The position numbers were made by a program, and so were the translations under genes. From Salpingoeca rosetta (lineage: Eukaryota; Protista; Choanoflagellata): a stretch of DNA of 64,000 nt. Under the pieces are notes generated by a model. The model was not told the origin of the DNA. It was given only the letters and a program-made list of their open reading frames with translations, and made no database searches. Location of the stretch: the NCBI GenBank assembly GCA_033442325.1, contig JAWQFM010000016.1, positions 727,650 through 791,649 on the forward strand, in the 5' to 3' direction. Of this stretch, positions 55,007 to 64,000 are shown in pieces (the first letter of the stretch is position 1; each line of letters opens with the position of its first letter).

Positions 55007-56757
55007 ATGGCTCACACAAAGACGAGCGGAGGGTTGGATGCTCAGCTCGTTCACGCACTCCTCATGGACGGGAGTGAGATGACTGATACAGACACTGTGC
55101 GTCTGGTGATTGCCCCTGCAAAGACTTACCAAGCAATACATGTCGACAAGCTCGGCGACAGTTACATTCGAGATCATTTCCGGTAAAGCGATGAAGGGTG
55201 GATTCGTGCTTGTTGAGTTGGTGAGTGCTTGAGTTTGACGAGGCAGCACAGTTGTTTCACGCACGCACGCATGGGACTTTGTGTTGCACTACAGGTTGAG
55301 AAACGCTCAAGAAATGAAGAGACTTGCTCGAGCCCTTGCAGTTCGCTCCAAGTATGACTGTGGTGTCGGCTACAGGTATGATTTTGTACTCTGTGTGAGT
55401 TGCCCCTTGTCTTGATGCTTGTGTCTTGCATGGAAGTGTAACATCTACCAGGTACATGTCACCTGAAACCTTCCCTTGCGTTTGGTTCACAATTGTAGGG
55501 TGGATGGTATGACGGCTCTTGCTTTGCTGCTACGTCGGCTCGCCTTTCCCTGTCGACTCAAGGACCTCTTGCGGCTCTTTCGACTGAAGTGGTCGGTGAC
55601 AAAAGTTGGACGAGTCATACACGCTATTGCGGGAGACCTGGCGCGCCGCTTCGGGCCCAAGGTATGCGTGTGTTGATGCTTTAATTTTGACCGTGTGCAA
55701 AGGCCAGAGTGTGCGCCGTCCTCACCATCACCCCTCCCATCAACCAACGGTTCCAGGTACAGCTTAGCCAGGCGCTCTTCAAAGACGCGGACATTTATGC
55801 GAAGGCCATCGCAAGACAGCTTGCGGTTAAAGGCATGAGAAACCCTCCAAGGGATCTGTGTGGATTTGTTGATGGATCAAGGATCGAGGTGTGTCGACCG
55901 ATGCGCATGCAAGACGTCCTCTACTCCGGGTGAGTTCGTGCTGCTCTGGTGATATGTCGATCTGCTGAGCATGTGTCGCCAACCAACCACCCCTGCTCAC
56001 TCAGTGACCCTCTGTTGTGTGTAGGTACAAGAAGAATCACAACCTCCTATACCAGATCATTGCCCTGCCAAATGGCCTGATCGTGTCCGCCAACGTGTTC
56101 CCAGGACGTTACAATGATGCCAAGGCATCGTTTGTTTCTGAGCTCGATGCACTTGTTCCGGCTGGGTATCGGCTTCTGGCGGACTCTGGGTACGGGAAGT
56201 CAAGGAGTGTGCTTGCTTTGGATCGGCCACAGCGCAAGAAGAAGGCCAACAAGCACCGCATGCAATCGCGTTCAACTGCCGCAGTCACTCGAGACAATAA
56301 CGACGAAAGCGTGCAGGACCAGGCGGAGACGGACCAACATGGTGGTGCGTCGTCAACACAGGAGACACTTCGTCTTGCCCGTCAACGACGCGATCGAAAG
56401 GCATTGAGTAGTGTTCGCACTGCCGTTGAGGATGTCATTGGACGTAAGTGGATTGTGCTACTTGCGATGGCGGTTCTGTGTGCCCCAATTGTTCATTGTA
56501 CATGTCTGTGCCTAAAGTGCACTGTAAGGTCCTCACTCCGCGTGAATGTTTGTGGTGTTGGTGGACTGTCAGAATGGAAGGAGCACTTCAAGGCCATGTA
56601 CTACTCAAAGCAGCTACGCACGCTTGGATCTCCCGTACTTGACTTGGTTATGTGCTCTCTTCTGCTCCAGAATTGCCTGGCGTGCCTCCATCCAAACCTC
56701 GTGGCAAGGCGGTTTGGTGTTCCCCCGCCACCCCTTGAGTTATATCTGAGCGCGTGA
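55007..56757 (+). CDS. DDE_Tnp_4 (Harbinger-type) transposase, 6 exons
   Basis: ALLLRRLAFPCRLKDL (HTH region), CGFVDGSRIEVCRP, QDVLYSG|YKKNHNLLYQIIALPNG, GRYND, LLADSGY, SSVRTAVEDVIG|QWKEHF, LLQNCLACLHPN.. Catalytic D-D-E residues are present. Confidence 0.92.
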
Positions 56758-56773
56758 CACGCTACGTGCGCAC

Positions 56774-56887
<114 letters not shown>

Positions 56888-57005
56888 TCGTGTCGGGGGT
56901 GTGTGTATGTGTGTGTGTTTGTGTGTTCGTGTGTGTGTATGTTCGTGTCGGGGGTGTGTGTATGCGTGTTCGCGTATGTGTGTGTGTGTGTGTGTGTTCG
57001 TGTTG

Positions 57006-57084
<79 letters not shown>

Positions 57085-57170
57085 CGTGTGCGTGCTGGAT
57101 CATGCTTCAAACAGAGCTGTTTATTGACTGGCTATTAAACACGTAACACGTAAGAACTGGTGCACAAATT

Positions 57171-58332
57171 TCACAATACCGTGTCATTTGACTCTCTCAT
57201 CTTCTTCCTCTCCTGCAACTCGTCTCTACGGAGAGCAAGCTCCTCGGCCATCATTCCCAGCCTCGCTCTCTCGATCTCCACTCTCTCGCGCTCGAGCCTT
57301 ACCTTCTCACGCTTGATGCTTAATGTTTCTTCTTCGATGGCGAGTCTCCTGGTGTGGTACTCCTCTTCGTGCTTCACTCGAGCTACTTCAGCCTTCATCT
57401 CTCTGCAGCACGCACGCAAAGATACGATTACACAGCATGTAGAGACACGAGTGGGCGGCAGAACGAGTGAGATTGTCGTGCAAGCAGGATGAGATCAAAC
57501 AACGCACAAGCGGCAACTCGCAGGTGCAAAGCGTGCAGCGTACCCCTCTCGTGCGGCCGCCATTCGGGCTAGCGTCTGGCTGTGGTCCGGTTCTGAGGGG
57601 ATGGGCTGATTCATTCTGTTCGCTTCCGCGTCCTCAAACGACCTGCATCAAACAAACACGAGACACGACGTCATCGAGCACTGACCATGGTTGCCCACAT
57701 GGTGCAAGGACAAGACGTGCACAACATACGAGTTTCGCTTTTCCATCTCCGCCCAGAGATCCCCGTCACGAAAATCCTGTCCCAGGACTTGATCCCTCGC
57801 CCTCTGCTTCGCACGCCCCTGGAGGAACGCGAACGGCAGGCGCGACAAGGTGAGGGCCGGTTTCATCACAACATATCCACAATCCTACAAGAATTCATCC
57901 TACAATCAGTGTGATGTCAGCTCATACCTGTTCAGAGAGGAGAGTTTCCACCGTTGTGCGTACTTCCTCAGACACAGCGAGGCTTGATGCAGATGCTTTT
58001 CCTGTTTGTGGTTGCTGCTTGTCCTCTTCCACGACACTCTTGATGGTACTGCGATAATGACTTTGAATGCTCGGCTTGGTGAGATGACACTTGAATGTGT
58101 CATTGAATTCATCCACAACCTCTTGCCACAACGCAGCCACCCCCCGCGCACGCGTCATGACATGAATGTCTCGCTTCATGATCATGCTCAGCAACGACTG
58201 TGTCTGCTGCATCGTCCAATTGTGGTACTTGCCCTTCTTCGCCCGCGGCTCCGCGTGATCACCTTCAACACTGCCACCACGTTGGTGGCCGTTGTCTTGG
58301 CTGCTGCTGTCATCCATCTTGCACAGCTCCAT
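57171..58332 (-). CDS. Transposon ORF2: Myb/SANT-like DNA-binding domain plus C-terminal coiled coil, 4 exons
   Basis: KKGKYHNWTMQQTQSLL...LWQEVVDEFN...TKPSIQSHY. Exons ~58332-57928, 57818-57730, 57642-57543, 57403-57171 splice in frame. AATAAA on the minus strand at 57120-57125. Confidence 0.75.
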
Positions 58333-59229
58333 GGAAACTTAACCGTGGCATACGCAAAAGGCAGGCATCAAATCACATTGCTGCCAGAGCAAAAATCTCG
58401 AACTTTTGCTCTGGGAGCGTCGTTTTTTTGCTGCTTGAGTGCTGACGTCAGCATAAACTGGATTTGCTGTTTAGATTTGCTCGTTAATTTGATTTCGCAC
58501 TTTCTCTATTAGTACACAAACATCCATGTGTAAAATGAAATAGCACATTGTTGACGAAAGTTGGAGGCGAAAAGAAAGTTCACTGGTTCGAAAACCTGGT
58601 GTGTTTCCTTTTTGAGTGTTTTTTTGGTTAGTGAGGTTGGCTTGTCCGCTTATTGTGGTAACTTGCCGAAGGTGGAAACAGTTTTGATTGTCCCAGCATG
58701 TGGGCTGCTGCACGTCCGACTTTCCAGTAATGACAACTGACACCCACGCCCCCGCAACTCACTCTTTTGACATGCCAAGCGAGTATTTTTCGTCGATGGC
58801 GAACACACGTATGTGTCCCATTTTTCTTCGTGCTTGCGGTCTAGACCCAAACAAAGCGACACACAGGGCGGGTGTTGCGCAACATCAATTGTTGACAAAG
58901 CTTCGCTGACTCAATATCATTCATTCACCTCACACCACAACTTGCATTCACCTCTCTTGTGTTTGGAATGTTCACGTCAGTTCCTACAACTTGTTGCACA
59001 GTGGTGATAGAAGTGGCTGATAAGGCACGGCAATGTAATTGGAAAGCGTCACCTGCATGAACGCGTTGCAGCTGTACACATAGTCCTGTACCTCGGAATA
59101 CGAGCGCTGCCACGTACTGCTTTTGCATGATCGCATCTGTGTTTTCAGACACGCATACCTCCCTCTCGAGGAGAGCTTGATGTTGACACTCCGCTTGTGA
59201 ATAACGCATCACCTGTCAAACCGCGATGC

Positions 59230-59468
59230 TATCGCCTCAGCTCACATGAGTTCACCACAATGCAGGAAATGGTCAAGGACCTCCTGGACAAGCAATGGAT
59301 CCAACCGTACACTTTTTCAACTCTATTGCTTGTCAGCAAAAGACAAAAGCTTGCGTAAGCGCACTGATTATCGAAAAACCCCAACACACATAGTCCTATC
59401 TCAGTTTAAAAGCAAATGAACATTATCTGAGCGCGTCCTATGCATATCACCAAATTAGACTCAATCCA
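59230..59468 (+). pseudogene. Degenerate Ty3/gypsy reverse-transcriptase fragment
   Basis: YRLSSHEFTTMQEMVKDLLDKQWIQP...LLLVSK/DKSLRKRTDYRK...LSASYAYHQIRLNP with frameshifts and deletions. Confidence 0.75.
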
Positions 59469-59472
59469 CAAC

Positions 59473-60274
59473 TGTTGAACACTCATGGTGGTAGTGCTGT
59501 TGTTGGAGACGTGTGTGTGTGTGTGTTTACTTGAGTTGTGAAGCAAACAAGGATGTACCATGAACGAGAGACGCTCTCACACATAGACAGAAGGCTGCAG
59601 GAGAAAGAAAAGCACCACGTGGCAAAACAACCAGAAACGCCCGTTTCTAAGCGCATGTGCACAGAAACATTTACGGCAGGATTTGCTCACTCAACAAGCA
59701 TTGACACTGGAACCGTGATGACAGCACGAACCTACACAAGCCCTAAGCGCACAATCAAAGCTGAACAAGGCTTATGCGCGCAACTCAGGCATAATAAGCC
59801 GCAAATGCACTCAGAGTCGAACAAGTACGATCAGTACAATCTAATCATAAAAATGAAACAGTGGGTGTTCAACACTCATGATGTTGTGTTACATGCAACA
59901 GCATGTGAGCTTGAGCAATGCAAGTTAAACATTGCACGTGCAAGGAAATCACGTGAACATTCCAGAACACAAGAGAGGTGAATGCAAAGTTGTGGTGACG
60001 TGAACAAGGGAGGTCAATGATGACTCAGCAGACAGGACTTGCCTGTCAACAGCATGCTTCGGCATTCTGAAGGCAAGGTTCAGGATGCTCTACACGGGGT
60101 TTTCATCGTGCGAGGATACAGTTAAATTACACCAATACGAACTCATGAATGTTCATGGTGGTGGTGCTGTTGTTGGAGACTTGTGTGTGTGTGCTGTGTG
60201 TTGTGTGGGAGATTGTCTTGGCAAGAGAGAGTTGTGTGTGTTTACTTGAGTTGTGAAGCAAACAAGGATGTAGG
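59473..60274 (-). repeat. Three partial copies of the Copia LTR (59473-59557, 59866-60051, 60151-60274)
   Basis: Shared blocks catggtggtggtgctgttgttggagac...tttacttgagttgtgaagcaaacaaggatgta and gaaatcacgtgaacattccagaacacaagagaggtg...gacaggacttgcctgtcaaca match the LTR at 60275-60713. Confidence 0.85.
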
Positions 60275-60713
60275 TGTTGCAAGTTCATGGTGGTGGTGCT
60301 GTTGTTGGAGACTTGTGTGTACTGTGTGTTGTGTGCTGTGTGTGTGCTGTGTGTTGTGTGGGAGATTGGCTTGGCAAGAGAGAGTTGTGTGCGTTTACTT
60401 GAGTTGTGAAGCAAACAAGGATGTAGGATGAATGAACACTCCAACAGAAAGAAACAGAGCAGAAGACAAGAATTGTCGACAACGCAAAGTGGTGACGTGG
60501 CAGTGTTTGTTGAGAGTTGTGTGGTTATGTGGTGTGTTATGCAAGAGCATGCAACATCGAGCAACCACAGCACAAGCTAAACACTGCACGTGCAACAGGT
60601 TGGAGGGAAATCACGTGAACATTCCAGAACACAAGAGAGGTGGATGCAAATTTGTGGTGTCGTGTAGAAGGGAGGTCAATGATGACTCAGCAGACAGGAC
60701 TTGCCTGTCAACA
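60275..60713 (-). repeat. 3' LTR of the Copia element (439 bp)
   Basis: TGTTG...CAACA inverted termini, preceded on the minus strand by the polypurine tract GGGGGAG (60720-60714). Confidence 0.85.
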
Positions 60714-60935
60714 CTCCCCCGCATTGACCTACCTCTCTGTTGCGTTGACGTTCTGAAACGTGATGAGCATGTGGATGATGTCATGCATGTAGGAATGGCA
60801 TGGGCAGAGGTAGGTGAGATGTGAGTAAGGACGTGTGTTGTGGAACACGTTTAAGAAAATGGTTGGTGCCTGTGGTGCGCAGCCTGTTGTGGAAGGCTGG
60901 CCCGAGTGAAGGCGTGTCCTGTGGTGCGCGGCCGC

Positions 60936-63900
60936 TCAGAGGTCCTGACGCGGAGTCGAAGGACGTGGCGACCGGCCCGAATGAGGACGGGCCCGTGGCT
61001 GGCAGCCTGGCAGAGGACGCTGGTCGAACAGCATCGTGCAGAACTGAGCCGTCTTGGGCCGAGGGAGGATCTTCGTGAGGAGATCTGCGATCATGTGCTC
61101 CGTGGCGAGGTAGCTCAGCACAATCCTCTTGGTGTCGACGCACTCGCGGATGTATTGATACTTGACGAGGATGTGCCGCATGCGCGAGGCGGCGTGTTCG
61201 GCAACGCGCTGCGCCGGCTGGTTGTCCGTGTGGNNNNNNNNNNNNNNNNNNNNNNNNNNNNNNNNNNNNNNNNNNNNNNNNNNNNNNNNNNNNNNNNNNN
61301 NNNNNNNNNNNNNNNNNNNNNNNNNNNNNNNNNNNNNNNNNNNNNNNNNNNNNACGGTGGCCTGCAGCTTGGAGTTTCAGGACACGGGCCCGTGGAACAG
61401 AAGACGACGAAGCCCGTGCGGGAACGTCGCGTGTCAACGTCGGAGGCGAATGACGCATCCGAGTACGCTGAGAGCACGCCGTCGGCAGTGCTGCCGTTGC
61501 TGGTGTCGCCAGTGGCGGCGTACTTGATGGTGTAGGACAAGGTGCCCTTGATGTAGCGAAGAAGGTGCTTGGCAGCCTTCCAGTGGTCCATGCCGAAGTG
61601 CTGCATACGGCGAGACAGGATGGAGACAGCCGCCGAGATGTCTGGGCGCGTCATCGTCGCAGCATAGAGGAGGGAGCCAAGCAGCTCGCGGAACGGCACG
61701 TCCGGGAGTGGCTCCTCCTTGTCGGCTGGCTTGTCGACGTAGCCCGTGCAGAGCGGCGTGCCGACCGGCTTGCAGTCAGCCATGCCGAAGGTCTCCAGCA
61801 CGTTGCGCAGGTAGTGCTCCTGGCTCATGGTGACGGTCCTGGCCTTGCGGTTGTGCTGCACCTTGATGCCGAGACATATGTCTGGGCTGCCCAGGTCCTT
61901 CATCTTGAAGCGCTTGGAGATGGCCTTCTTGAAGGCGGCCATGTCGTTGTCGCCGTCGGCGAAGATGAGCAGGTCGTCCACGTAGACGGCAACCCACATC
62001 ACCTTGCCACCTGTGCGGGTGCGGCGGTAGATGCAGGCGTCCGTGGCTGTGGCGACGAAGTCCTGCTCGCGCATCCAGGCGTCCAGCGTGTGGTTCCACA
62101 GGCGCGGGCTCTGCTTCAGGCCATACAACCCGCGCTTGAGGCGCAGGACCGTATTCGGCGAGAAGATGCCGTCGACGGCCGGTGGCTGGACGTAGATCTC
62201 GTGATCCACGGGCGCGTTGAGGAACGCCGTGTTGACGTCCATCTGCTGGATGTCCATGCCACGCGCGACGGCCATGGCGAGCATGGTGCGGATGGCTGAG
62301 ATGGTGGCCGTCGGGGCAAAGGTGTCCGTATAATTGACACCGTGGACCTGGGAGTAGCCCTTGGCAACCCAGCGCGCCTTGTACTTGATCACCTTGCCCT
62401 GGTCGTCACGCTTCCGAAAAATGACCATGCTGCGGAGCAGCTTGTGGCCCTTGGGAAGGTCAGCGCGAGGCACGACGTCGTAGACGTCATTGGCCTGCAT
62501 TGCCGCAAACTCGTCCAGGATGGCTTGGCGCCACTCCTCACAGTCTGGCGAGGCAAGCGCCTCCTTGACGGTGGCTGGCTCAGCTGACGTGGCAACACTG
62601 CCAGCAGCGATGTCTGGTAGATGACCACCCACTGCTGATGTCTTCTCCCCCGTACCAGCAGCGCTGGTGGCAACGTGACACGTGGTGGTTGAGCCACCAG
62701 AGGTGTCCTTGTCGCCGAGGGTCCCGGACAACAGCAGCTGGTCCCAGACGGAGCCGCCAAGGGCGCGTGGCTGGAGCTGCGGCTCCCCCACACGTGGTGC
62801 AGTGGGAGCGCCGGTGGCACTGTCCTCGGTTGAACGCTGAGCGGTCTTGTTGGCATGCGAAGCAGAGGCACCGCTGTTCTGCTCTTGCTGCTGCTGAGAG
62901 GAGGCGACGTCCTTGTTCTTGATGGCGCCGAAGCGTGCGTGGATGGTGTGGACAACGCGTCGCGTGTCCGGCATCCAGACGACGTGGGCCTGGTCCTCCT
63001 CGGCGAAGCCGACGTAGACGCCAACGCGTGAGCGTGGGTCAAGCTTGTGCCGCGTGCTGCTCTTCTCCACATGCACGTAGGCCGGCGAAGCTGNNNNNNN
63101 NNNNNNNNNNNNNNNNNNNNNNNNNNNNNNNNNNNNNNNNNNNNNNNNNNNNNNNNNNNNNNNNNNNNNNNNNNNNNNNNNNNNNNNNNNNNNCAGCAGC
63201 GTGGCGTGTGCACGGCGAAGCCCCAGAACGGCTGTCCAGGTCCGCAGCAAACAGCATCGTACGCGCCGTCTCGAAGAGGGTGCGGAAGGTGCGCTCCGCG
63301 GATCCGTTCTTGGCCTGCGAGTGCGGTGGCGAGAAGCGCTGCTTGATGTCGAAGGCCAGGCACAGGTCGGTGAAGTCCTGGCTCTTGAAGACGGCGTCGC
63401 TGTCCGTCTGCAGCGTGGCGCCTCGGAGCGCGTTGACGACGTGGCGGTCCTTGCGCAGCTGCTCCAGGGCCGCACCGACGTCGTTCTTGTGCCGGATGAG
63501 AAACGTCCAGGCGAAACGCGTGCAGTCGTCGATGAAGGTCAGCGCGTAGCGTGCACCTCGCAGCGACGTCTCCTCCAGCGGACCGGCGATGTCTGCGTAG
63601 AGCAGCTGGCATGGCCCAGCGCTGCGTGGAGCAGACTGCTTCGGGATGGAGGCGCGCGTGCTCTTGCCAAGCGCACATGGTCCACAGGTGACGATGTGCT
63701 TGGAAGAGGCCTGGGCAATCTGCTGCCGGATGGCGTCGACGGCCGCGCTGCTGCGATGGCCTAGCACGTCGTGTGCAGAGGCGCCCTCGTCAGCATCCTC
63801 GGCTTCCCCATCGCTGCTGTGCACGAGCTCCCCCGCAAGCGCCGTGGCTTGTTGGGAGGTCGTGGTGCTGGCGTAGAGGAAGAGATGGCCGGTGTCCTTG

Positions 63901-63992
63901 GACGGCAGCAGAGGCACGCTCCATGTGGCAAACTGGATGCGGCTGTCGTCCGCAGCAATGACGACGGAAGCACCACGACGCGCGCGAGTCAC
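60936..63992 (-). CDS. pol: Copia pol polyprotein (integrase, RT, RNase H), interrupted by N gaps
   Basis: HDVLGH...CGPCALGK, DIAGP, LQTDSD, NGSAER (D,D35E); YKARWVAKGYSQ, QMDVNTAFLN, LYGLKQSPRLW, VYVDDLL; AYSDASFA..RRSRTG, RHILVKYQYIRE, MIADLLTK. Confidence 0.93.
61234..61353. other. Assembly gap (120 N)
   Basis: Run of n. Confidence 1.
63094..63193. other. Assembly gap (100 N)
   Basis: Run of n. Confidence 1.
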
Positions 63993-64000
63993 CAGGTTCA

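Larger units (their letters stand above)
60275..64000 (-). mobile_element. Ty1/copia LTR retrotransposon, 5' part beyond window
   Basis: Order integrase-RT-RNase H, then PPT and LTR. Contains two assembly gaps. Confidence 0.95.

Noticed and set aside
59538-59981. 147-aa plus-strand ORF
   Set aside because: Overlaps LTR fragments and has no recognisable motif.
59473-60430. Repeat-spacer-like pattern (possible CRISPR)
   Set aside because: Repeats are 85-190 bp partial LTR copies with irregular spacing in a eukaryotic context, with no cas genes.
61565-62299. Plus-strand ORFs opposite Copia pol
   Set aside because: Antisense shadows of a GC3-rich coding sequence.

Overview
Eukaryotic, intron-rich genomic DNA with GT-AG introns full of (CA)n/(GT)n, (GA)n and (TACA)n microsatellites. 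Composition and gene style suggest a choanoflagellate such as Salpingoeca rosetta (inference). Most long ORFs in the track are microsatellite artefacts, so genes were spliced by eye. Genes from left to right: UBA-UBX protein (UBXN1-like, -); 3-KH FUBP-like protein (+); CiaB-like HExxH metallopeptidase (+); a secretory CS/p23 + PDI-like thioredoxin folds + FKBP fusion ending in REEL (-); mitoribosomal mL50 (+); NADH pyrophosphatase (-); a coiled-coil protein (+); a disordered SILK/RVSF PP1-docking protein (+); an orphan gene (-); a VWA3-like protein with a C-terminal RRM (+); and an ODF3/SHIPPO-repeat protein (-). The last ~9 kb is a transposon cluster: an apparently intact two-gene PIF/Harbinger-superfamily element with TIRs and an ATT target-site duplication, a decayed Ty3/gypsy RT, Copia LTR fragments and a Ty1/copia element running off the window. 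The most novel candidates are the ER 'triple foldase' (16296-22746) and the intron-containing CiaB-like peptidase (10265-15652). All family assignments are motif recognition from memory, not database searches, and exon borders are approximate.
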